In this document: positions 21,283 through 29,460 of the stretch, piece by piece
How positions within the stretch are numbered: position 1 is the stretch's first letter
Layout: every line of letters starts with the position of its first letter
Notes under the pieces: model-generated
What the model saw: the letters and a program-made list of their open reading frames with translations, nothing else
Database searches by the model: none
Told to the model about the DNA's origin: nothing
Position numbers and translations under genes: made by a program
Assembly: GCA_963806905.1 (NCBI GenBank)
Contig: CAWEAA010000008.1
Location: 588,336 to 652,335, forward strand
From: an uncultured Verrucomicrobiae bacterium
GTDB lineage: Bacteria > Verrucomicrobiota > Verrucomicrobiia > Limisphaerales > UBA11358
Length of the DNA stretch: 64,000 nt
Reading direction: 5' to 3'

Positions 21283-23159
21283 GGATGGAACGGGCAGGCG
21301 CCGGGAGTAAGTGCGTCCTGTTTTGGCCAATCCAGCAACTGCCGGATTTCAGCGGGCAGGGAGTTTTCCAAGGTCTGCACCGGCAATACCCGGGCCAGTT
21401 CAAATTTGCCCAGTTCCGGGCTTTTGAAGACGGACCCATAGTAATTATTCAAATACTGGCCATGCGCTTCGAATTCCGGATGCAACTGTCGCAGTTCGTC
21501 GAGTGACTTGAACTCGGTCGTGCAATTTTCACCCTCCGCGGGGCTCCACACGATCAAGGGCGCCGTTCCCGCATCGCCGCTTCGCACATAGACATTGTCG
21601 TTGAGCTGTGTGACCTGTGGCCGGGTGAGCCGCCCGCACAGCACTTTCGTCTGGGTGAACCGCAGGAGGGGTTTGTCAAACCCTGCTTCCGCCGTGAGCA
21701 GATTGCCGACGAAGACGTGCCCCTCGCGCTTGTCCACATCCGGACCGGTGCTGGGATGCCAGCCGAAGTGATCGTTGACCGCGCTTCGTTCTGTGCGCTC
21801 AAAGGAGGCGACGCAGTTGACCAGGGTGTTGTGATAGACCCGGACGTTTGAACTGTTGAGCACGCGAACGCCGTGATCGCAATGGACGAACACATTCCCG
21901 GCGCAAATCGCGCCCTTCGAAATTTCAAAGAAGAATCCATCAATGGCGTTCTCGACCCGGTTGTTGATGAACACGCCGTCCACGTTGCCGACGTCATACC
22001 AGATGCCGTTCGAATACGGTTGGTCAATAACAAGATTGTCGCGGCAGGTGGCGCGGTAACATTGATTGAAAATCTTCACCGCCGCTGGAAAATACCCGGT
22101 CATTTGCTGGATGTTGTTCCGCCGGAAAATGTTTTTCTCCAGCAGAACGTCGGCCGAGCCGATGGCGTAAATGCCTTCCGTTCTGGTGTCGCTGATGAGG
22201 CAGTGCCGGACGGTCAATCGGTCGCCCCGAAAATAACCGGCCACCCGGGAACAATAGGAAATCGTCACATTCTCCAGTGTCGTGCCGGTGACATCCTTTC
22301 CGTAGGTGGCGGGATCGGAGAGACCCACAGGTTCCTTACCCTCTATTTCGAGCGCGCGGTAGGCATATTGGGTGAACGTGATGCCGCGAATCACCGGTCC
22401 CTTGCCGTCCGAGGTTTTTCCGTGACAGGGGCTGGTCGTCCGGGTGACCGCACCGTCGTAAGCGGTGATCTCGACCAGGTGGTTTGCCGGGTTGACGCCG
22501 ATGTAAATCTGGCCGGCATCGTAATCAATGTAATATGAGTGCGCGTCAATTTCTCCCTCCCAACCGACCGCCTTCAACAGCTCGCCATCAACGAAGACCA
22601 TGTCGTTGTTGAAGCGCCAAGGCGGCGTTTTTGTGCCTTCCCGTGGCCGGCGCCACCAGTCCGCGGCTTTGGCCGGGAACAAATGTGACCAGGAAGTCCG
22701 CCACAGGCCGTTGGTCTGGGCGTCCCAATTGGTGGCCACCATGGTACCTTTAAGAACCGGATGTTCGTCGGCGTAAGGTTGCAGAGTGATCCCTTGGTTG
22801 AAGGTCAGACCGCCAGTGCGATAGGTTCCTCCGCGCAGTATAATGGCGTCGCCGGTTACCACCCGTGCGACGGCCGATTCCAGGGTGGTGGGTTGGTCCA
22901 GCGTCGTTCCCGGGGTATTGGTCGCTCCATCCGGTGCCACATAGTAAATGTGGGCGGCGTTCCTGGGCAGGTCATAGCTCTGCTGGATCGGGCCATAAGG
23001 ACCGCCGGAAGGTTGGGCCCGCCCGGCCAACAGCCCAATCAGCAGGAATAAAAGGGCGTAACTAACCAACGATGGCTGGGGCCTGATCTTTGACTGACCA
23101 TTCGGCCAGGGACGATGGGAGTAACTACAGGACCGTTTTTGTGTGGGGTGCGAATTCAT
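21279..23159 (-). CDS. Secreted right-handed parallel beta-helix repeat protein (pectate-lyase-fold polysaccharide-active enzyme?)
   Basis: Signal-anchor LVSYALLFLLIGLLAGRAQP. Repeated beta-helix coil motifs (NVTISYCSRVAGYF..., HCLISDTRTEGIYA..., NIFRRNNI, NNRVENAIDGFFFE, NVFVHCDHGVRV, YHNTLVNC). Confidence 0.6.
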   Translation of the reverse strand: MNSHPTQKRSCSYSHRPWPNGQSKIRPQPSLVSYALLFLLIGLLAGRAQPSGGPYGPIQQSYDLPRNAAHIYYVAPDGATNTPGTTLDQPTTLESAVARVVTGDAIILRGGTYRTGGLTFNQGITLQPYADEHPVLKGTMVATNWDAQTNGLWRTSWSHLFPAKAADWWRRPREGTKTPPWRFNNDMVFVDGELLKAVGWEGEIDAHSYYIDYDAGQIYIGVNPANHLVEITAYDGAVTRTTSPCHGKTSDGKGPVIRGITFTQYAYRALEIEGKEPVGLSDPATYGKDVTGTTLENVTISYCSRVAGYFRGDRLTVRHCLISDTRTEGIYAIGSADVLLEKNIFRRNNIQQMTGYFPAAVKIFNQCYRATCRDNLVIDQPYSNGIWYDVGNVDGVFINNRVENAIDGFFFEISKGAICAGNVFVHCDHGVRVLNSSNVRVYHNTLVNCVASFERTERSAVNDHFGWHPSTGPDVDKREGHVFVGNLLTAEAGFDKPLLRFTQTKVLCGRLTRPQVTQLNDNVYVRSGDAGTAPLIVWSPAEGENCTTEFKSLDELRQLHPEFEAHGQYLNNYYGSVFKSPELGKFELARVLPVQTLENSLPAEIRQLLDWPKQDALTPGACPFHP

Positions 23160-23616
23160 TTTGATTCCCTTTACCGACGATTTGATGGGCGTAAATGCGA
23201 ACGGCCAAGCTTGGGATTGTGGTCGCAAAGCAGACGACTGCCATCCCGATGCTGTTCATCGCAGTTCGCGCGTTCAATCTTCTCAGGCCACATTGTTGTC
23301 ATCTTTGGGTGTGAAAAGCCCTTTGGCCGTACCTCTTGTCGCTTCATGACTGGTGCAATCTCACCCGGCCACGTGCTATCTGTAGGAACGCATCCTAGCG
23401 GGTTGTTCCAACGAGTGCAACCTTTGCCGCAATCCCTACGAACCGCAGGTCGGAACGTCCGTTTTTTCGCTCGACAACATCAGACGTGCAACTAGGATGA
23501 CCGACACAAAAGTGATGAAAATTTATCTGGCGTCTTAACCTCGCGGCGTCAGAAAGCAGATTCTCACCACTCAGAAATTCAGTGCCGGCCAATAGACCAA
23601 CAAAACAGGCAAGATA

Positions 23617-25044
23617 ATGAACAACGAAATCCAGAACCAAAAATGCCCATTAAGGGAAAGAGCTATTTATGGGTTTGGTGATTTGGCATCCTGCCTGTTC
23701 TGGCAGACCATCACGTTGTATCTGCTGTTCTTTTACACGGACGTATTCGGTCTGGCCGCCGCCGCCGCCGGAATAATGATTGGTGTCTCCCGGTTGCTGG
23801 ATGCCTTTTTTGACGTGGTCATCGGCATGACAGCGGATCGCACCAGAACCCGTTGGGGCAAATTCAGGCCCTACATTTTGTGGGGGGCTATTCCGCTGGC
23901 TATTTCAGCGATTTTGGCATTTTCGACGCCTGCTTTTGGCGGACCGGCGAAAATAGTTTACGCCTATGTCACTTTCATCTTTTTCATGTTCATGTATTCA
24001 ACGGTCAACATTCCCTACACGGCCATGCTGGGCGTCATTAGTGGGGATCCGGTCGAAAGAACGAGCGCCTCGTCCTGCAAATTTATCGGCGCTTATGTGG
24101 GCGGTTTTATTGTTTCGCTCACGGCGTTGCCGCTGGCCCGGTATTTCGGGCACGACGGCGCCGAGCCCCAGAAGGGCTGGCATATGACGCTGCTGATTTA
24201 CGGCGTGGCGGCAGTTATCCTTTTTTTGATCACTTTCTTTTCAACCCACGAACGGATTCAACCCATCGCCAAGGAAAAAACCTCCATCGCAAGGGACTTG
24301 GCGGATTTGACAAAGAACGTGCCCTGGATGTTGTTGTTTGCCGCGACGATTCTTTTCATCCTCTTCGTTTGCATTCGCATGAGTGTGACCACCCACTATT
24401 TCAAGTATTACATCGGAGAACAGGAAGTAACCCTCTTTGGCACAACCCACAAATACGGTTTTGAAGTGCTGGCATCTGCTTTCAACACCATCGGACAGGC
24501 GCTGGCCATATTGGGTGTGATTCTGGTTCCGTGGTTTGCAAAAGTCTGCGGGAGAAAGAATGCCTTGATCATTCTTTTTGTCACCGCGCTCATTTGCACC
24601 GGCTCATTCTATTTCTTTAAGCCGGAAAACCTGGTGCTGATTTTCATCTTTCAGACTATCGGCTCACTGGCGGGCGGCCCCATTTCCGCGCTGTTATGGG
24701 TTCTGTACGCCGATACCGCCGACTATTCGGAATGGAAAACCGGCCGCCGGGCCACCGGACTCGTGTTTTCAGCTTCCATCATGTCGAACAAGATCGGCTG
24801 GACCGTTGGCAGTGTGATCGCAGGCATAATTCTTTCGCGGACCGGATTCGTGGCCAATGTCGTTCAAAACGTGGACGTCCAGAACGGTTTAAAGGCGATG
24901 ATGAGTATAATCCCGGTCGCGATAGGAGTGGTCGGATTAATCGTTCTCTTGTTCTACAAATTGGATGAACCGACCATGAAGAAAATCAAGGCGGACCTGG
25001 ACGAAAGACGCAAGGCCAGCGGCCAGACTGCCGCCGCAGCGTGA
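23617..25044 (+). CDS. GPH-family (MelB/YicJ-like) glycoside:cation symporter, MFS superfamily
   Basis: 475 aa, 12 TM helices. N-terminal YGFGDLASCLFWQTITLYLLFFYTDVFGL and DRTRTRWGKFRPY are hallmarks of the glycoside-pentoside-hexuronide family. Confidence 0.85.
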   Translation: MNNEIQNQKCPLRERAIYGFGDLASCLFWQTITLYLLFFYTDVFGLAAAAAGIMIGVSRLLDAFFDVVIGMTADRTRTRWGKFRPYILWGAIPLAISAILAFSTPAFGGPAKIVYAYVTFIFFMFMYSTVNIPYTAMLGVISGDPVERTSASSCKFIGAYVGGFIVSLTALPLARYFGHDGAEPQKGWHMTLLIYGVAAVILFLITFFSTHERIQPIAKEKTSIARDLADLTKNVPWMLLFAATILFILFVCIRMSVTTHYFKYYIGEQEVTLFGTTHKYGFEVLASAFNTIGQALAILGVILVPWFAKVCGRKNALIILFVTALICTGSFYFFKPENLVLIFIFQTIGSLAGGPISALLWVLYADTADYSEWKTGRRATGLVFSASIMSNKIGWTVGSVIAGIILSRTGFVANVVQNVDVQNGLKAMMSIIPVAIGVVGLIVLLFYKLDEPTMKKIKADLDERRKASGQTAAAA

Positions 25045-25126
25045 TGTTTTGTTTTTCCCGCGTTCCCGGCGCGCGCCGCGGTAAAATTGTATCGTTTTCC
25101 GTTTAACCACGAAAAAGGATAAAGAG

Positions 25127-26116
25127 ATGAAAAACACAATTATCGGCGAATCACTACCCAACCTACCGTGGGAAGATAAACCCAAGGATTGCATTGACGT
25201 GCTGTGGAGGTACAGCGGCAATCCCATATTGAGCTGGAATCCGATCCCCAAGGCGGCGCGTATTTACAATAGCGCGGTCCTGCCGCATAAAAATGAATTT
25301 GTCGGGGTCTTCAGGGCCGACCAGAAAAACGGGCGGGCGACGTTGTTTTTCGGCAAAAGCAAGGACGGCCTCCAATGGAAGATCGGACCCGACCCGATCC
25401 AGTGGGTGGACGAAAAGGGAAAACCCAATCCGCTCAGCTACGGTTATGATCCAAGATTCGTAAAGCTCGACGGTACCTGCTATATCGTCTGGTGCGACGA
25501 TATGCATGGGGCCTCAATCGGATTGGGCAGGACCAATGATTTCAAGACTTTCATTCGCATGCCGAACCCGCTGATGCCCTTCAACCGGAACGGAGTTCTT
25601 TTCCCGAGAAAGGTCAACGGCAAGTATTTGTTATTGAGTCGCCCCAGCGACAGCGCGCATACGCCTTTCGGTGATATCTACATGAGCGAAAGTCCTGACC
25701 TGATTTATTGGGGCAATCACAGACACGTTATGAGCAGGGGCGGAAGCGGCTGGTGGCAGGGCACAAAAATAGGTGCAGGCCCAATCCCGATTGAGACAAC
25801 GGAAGGCTGGTTGTTGTTCTACCACGGCGTGTCAGGAACCTGCAACGGCTTCGTTTACAGCTTTGGCGCGGCGATACTCGATATCAACAAACCGTGGAAA
25901 GTGTTATACCGGACCCGTGACTATCTGCTCACGCCGGAGAAGCCGTACGAGACAACCGGCTTTGTCCCAAACGTGACATTCCCCTGTGCTAACCTATACG
26001 ACGCCCAGACGGGCAGAATCGCCATTTATTACGGCGCCGCCGACACCTGCACGGCCGTTGCGTTCACGCAGGTGGATAAATTAATCAATTACATCAAGAA
26101 GAACTCGGAAGTTTAA
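25127..26116 (+). CDS. GH130 beta-mannoside phosphorylase-family protein
   Basis: 329 aa. NPILSWNPIP..., IYNSAVLPHKNEFVGVFRAD, GWLLFYHGV and AIYYGAADT match GH130 five-bladed propeller phosphorylases. Confidence 0.8.
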   Translation: MKNTIIGESLPNLPWEDKPKDCIDVLWRYSGNPILSWNPIPKAARIYNSAVLPHKNEFVGVFRADQKNGRATLFFGKSKDGLQWKIGPDPIQWVDEKGKPNPLSYGYDPRFVKLDGTCYIVWCDDMHGASIGLGRTNDFKTFIRMPNPLMPFNRNGVLFPRKVNGKYLLLSRPSDSAHTPFGDIYMSESPDLIYWGNHRHVMSRGGSGWWQGTKIGAGPIPIETTEGWLLFYHGVSGTCNGFVYSFGAAILDINKPWKVLYRTRDYLLTPEKPYETTGFVPNVTFPCANLYDAQTGRIAIYYGAADTCTAVAFTQVDKLINYIKKNSEV

Positions 26117-26129
26117 TCGCGCCAAAATT

Positions 26130-28496
26130 ATGCGATTCGGCTATTTTGACGACAAAGCAAAGGAATATGTAATCGAAAGACCCGATACACCGCGGTCTTG
26201 GGCCAACTATCTCGGCTCGACGGAATACGGCGCCATCATCACCAATAACGCGGGCGGCTACAGCTTCTATTTGTCGGCCGCACAGGGACGCCTGACGCGG
26301 CTGCGTTTCGACGACGTTCCGACCGACCAGCCGGGCAGGTATATTTACCTCCGCGACAAACAGTCAGGCGACTACTGGTCGAACGCCTGGCAGCCCGTGG
26401 GCAAACCGCTGGACCAGTATAAAACCACCTGCCGGCACGGCACGGCTTACACGATTATCAATTCCCAGTATTCAAAGATTGAAACGGAAACCACCTATTT
26501 CGTTCCGCTGGGCAAACATTTCGAATGCTGGCTGTTGAAGGTTACGAATAAAGACAGCGTCAAAAGAACGCTAAGCTTGTTCACCTACGTCGAATACCCG
26601 AACCTCTGGAAGTGCTTCCACGATTTTCTCAACCTGCAATATTCTCACGGTATAGTGAAAATGGATTTCGTTGACGGCATCATTGATTACGGAAGCTCCG
26701 TCCTCATCAGCGACCAGGATAACCGGTCTTTTCTGGCGTTCCTTGGCGGCGACGTGGTCGGCTTCGATACCGACCGTGACGTCTTCATCAGTCCGTATCG
26801 CGGTTATACGAACCCCATGGTCGTCGAAAAAGGCAAATGCACCGGCTCAAAGGCCTTTGGCGACGACGGCTGCGGCTCAATCCAGATCGATGTTGAACTC
26901 GAACCGGGCCAGACAAAAGAGCTGGTTGTTCTGATGGGCGTCGGCAAGGCGGCAGTCGAAGGCAAAAAAACCGTCAAACAGTTCGGCGATATCGCCAGGG
27001 TGAAAGCCGAGTTCGAAAAACTTTGTCAATACTGGCACAACCGCATCGAGGGATTGACCGTCTGCACGCCGGATCCGCAGTTTAACAGCATGATGAACAT
27101 GTGGAGTCCGTTCAACTGCCTGATGACCTATTCCTGGTCACGAATGGCCAGTCTGATCTACAGCGGCGAACGAGACGGGCTGGGTTATCGCGATACTGTC
27201 CAGGATTTCATGGGCGTTATGCAAATCATTCCGGATGAGGCCAAAAAGCGTCTTGAGCTGATGATTACCGGCCAGGGTTCCACCGGCGGTGCGATGCCAA
27301 TCGTAATGGCCTTTACACACAAACCCGGCAAAGAGAAGTTGCCGAAGGAGGACGAATACCGCTCCGACGATTGCCTATGGCTGTTCAACGCGATTACTAC
27401 ATACGTCAAGGAAACGGGCGATACCGGCTTTTATAACAAAGTCCTGCCATACGCCGACAAAGGCAGGGCGACCGTGCTCGGCCACTTGCGTCGGGCGATT
27501 GAATTCAATCTCAAACGCACGGGCCAACACGGTTTGCCCAGCGGCCTTTTCGCCGACTGGAACGATTGCCTTCGGCTGGGCACAAAGGGCACTTCGGTAT
27601 TTGTCGCCCTGCAGGTGCGTTACGGCCTGACGACCTATATCGAGATTTGCGGGATGTTTGGCAAGACCGCCGACATCAAATGGGCGAAAAAGCAGCTCGA
27701 AATAATCGACGCGAAGCTCGACAAGTTGGGCTGGGACGGCGAATGGTACGTCCGGGCCTACAAGGAAACCGGCGAGAAAATTGGCTCGCACGAAAACAAG
27801 CAGGGTTCAATTTATCTCAATACGCAGTCCTGGGGCGTTATCAGCGGCCACGCCGACGAAAAACGCGCCACGCAGGCGATGACCTCTGTAAACAAAAAGC
27901 TCGCCACCGATTATGGGCTTATGCTCTGCGCGCCGCCTTATGAAAATATCCCCTGCGCAGAAGTCCGCTCGGTTGTGTTCAACGGAGGCGTCAAGGAAAA
28001 CTGCGGCATTTTCAACCACACACAGGGCTGGGCGGTCATGGCGGAAACGATGCTCGGCCACGGCAACCGGGCGTTTAAATATTTCCGCAGCTCCATGCCT
28101 GCCTCGTTCAACCATAAAGCCGAGATACGCGGCAGTGAGCCGTACGTTTACTCGCAATACACTCACAGCATTTTCAGCCCGCGTTACGGTGCCTCGCGCG
28201 TCCCTTGGCTGACCGGTGCCGCATCCTGGGCATATTATGCAGCGACACAATATGTCCTCGGCATCCGGCCCGATTACAAAGGCCTTCTCATTGATCCTTG
28301 CATCCCGGCCAAGTGGAAGGAATTCACCGCCATTCGCCGATTCCGCAACAAAACGCTGAATATCAAAGTCGTGAATCCCAAGGGCGTCCAAAAAGGCGTC
28401 AAGAAAATCACCCTGAACGGTCAAGCAATCGAGGGCAACCTGATTCCCGTTTCCAAAATGGCAAAAGAAAACGAAGTCCTCCTTATAATGGGCTAG
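26130..28496 (+). CDS. GH94 glycoside phosphorylase (cellobiose/cellobionate phosphorylase-like)
   Basis: 788 aa. The N-terminus MRFGYFDDKAKEYVIERPDTPRSWANYLG is nearly the canonical cellobiose-phosphorylase start. The (alpha/alpha)6 catalytic region includes SGERDGLGYRDTVQD and WNDCL. Confidence 0.85.
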   Translation: MRFGYFDDKAKEYVIERPDTPRSWANYLGSTEYGAIITNNAGGYSFYLSAAQGRLTRLRFDDVPTDQPGRYIYLRDKQSGDYWSNAWQPVGKPLDQYKTTCRHGTAYTIINSQYSKIETETTYFVPLGKHFECWLLKVTNKDSVKRTLSLFTYVEYPNLWKCFHDFLNLQYSHGIVKMDFVDGIIDYGSSVLISDQDNRSFLAFLGGDVVGFDTDRDVFISPYRGYTNPMVVEKGKCTGSKAFGDDGCGSIQIDVELEPGQTKELVVLMGVGKAAVEGKKTVKQFGDIARVKAEFEKLCQYWHNRIEGLTVCTPDPQFNSMMNMWSPFNCLMTYSWSRMASLIYSGERDGLGYRDTVQDFMGVMQIIPDEAKKRLELMITGQGSTGGAMPIVMAFTHKPGKEKLPKEDEYRSDDCLWLFNAITTYVKETGDTGFYNKVLPYADKGRATVLGHLRRAIEFNLKRTGQHGLPSGLFADWNDCLRLGTKGTSVFVALQVRYGLTTYIEICGMFGKTADIKWAKKQLEIIDAKLDKLGWDGEWYVRAYKETGEKIGSHENKQGSIYLNTQSWGVISGHADEKRATQAMTSVNKKLATDYGLMLCAPPYENIPCAEVRSVVFNGGVKENCGIFNHTQGWAVMAETMLGHGNRAFKYFRSSMPASFNHKAEIRGSEPYVYSQYTHSIFSPRYGASRVPWLTGAASWAYYAATQYVLGIRPDYKGLLIDPCIPAKWKEFTAIRRFRNKTLNIKVVNPKGVQKGVKKITLNGQAIEGNLIPVSKMAKENEVLLIMG

Positions 28497-28519
28497 TACG
28501 GAAACTGCCCGGCCTCAAC

Positions 28520-29126
28520 ATGAACGCGTTCAAGTTTTTGATTCCATTTTTCGCGGTGTTGGCGATGGCAGCGAACTGTGTCGCCGCCGGAGATGCCACC
28601 ACAAACTGTTTAGTTGTGTGGGATGGTGAACAGGCGGCCATAGGCGCCGGCTGGACCCATGCCCCAAAGCAAGGCGAGGTCAGCCTTCGGCGGCAAACCA
28701 CCGTCGCGCACAGCGGCAATACCGCACTGGAGATGCGTTGCAAAGGCACCGAATGGCTCGGAGCCGGGTGGAACTGGGTGGCCTTCACCAAAGGCGAAGG
28801 TACCGATGTCCGGCGGATGAAACGGCTGACACTCTGGGTGAAGTGCTCCGGCAAAGGCGGCGACCTGCAAATTAACCTGCTCTGTGGCGGCCAGGAGTTT
28901 GATACCCCCCGAACATCATACTCAAAAGGTGCACCTGCTCAAATACTGTCCCACGCTGCTGGATGGCCAATGGCACAAAGTCGCCATCCCGCTGGCTGAT
29001 TTGCGCACGGTCGCAGGGTACGATCCGACCAAAGTGTGCGAATTGCAGATGGGCTTGCTTGCGGAGCAACCGGTGGATTGCAGCTTCTTCATAGACGCCA
29101 TCGGGTTCGATGACGCTGCAGGATGA
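28520..29126 (+). pseudogene. Secreted CBM-like/CIA30-like protein split by a +1 frameshift at a C6 run (28905-28910)
   Basis: Signal peptide MNAFKFLIPFFAVLAMAANCVAA. The frame-A ORF continues sensibly only if one C is removed, giving ...GGQEFDTP|EHHTQKVHLLKYCPTLLDGQWHKVAIPLADL...FIDAIGFDD. The two ORF-track pieces (28298..28999 and 28884..29126) overlap. Confidence 0.6.
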
Positions 29127-29319
29127 TGCCGTGAAGGACGGCTGATCCAGAAATTATTTTGCCCGCCAATCACGCGAAACACGCCAAAGCGGCTTTAAAT
29201 TGGAGTTTGCATCCGAAACGGACTTTTTCTATTGCCCGCTGTCAGCCAAATTGAATGAAAAAAGTGTTGGAGTGGATTTTCGGCGCGGCCGTTGTGATGT
29301 TCGCCTTGTTACCATTCAC

Positions 29320-29460
29320 AAATCTGACGGGCACGAATCGGCCTTCGAGCGGATGAGAATGTGCAAGAAGTTGTGCGGCGGCGTACACCGTGACGGCGTC
29401 AAGGCCTTTGCAGACGTGATTGACTTGGACGAGAAGCAGATTCAGTTGCTTATTCGATGA
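29320..29460 (+). pseudogene. Fragmentary second copy of the DUF5069 gene 3' end
   Basis: 29359-29445 aligns with 21196-21282 at about 83% nucleotide identity (…CACCGTGACGnCGTCAAG…GACGTGATTGACTTGGACGA…). Peptide RMRMCKKLCGGVHRDGVKAFADVIDLDEKQI versus RLKMRKEQCGGSHRDDVKTFVDVIDLDEKRI. The upstream two-thirds of the gene is missing. Confidence 0.65.

Noticed and set aside
29200-29319. The 5' part of ORF 29200..29460 as a genuine small gene
   Set aside because: Only the 3' third resembles DUF5069. The front part shows no similarity to the intact copy at 20857 and lacks a credible start context. Interpreted as read-through of a gene fragment.
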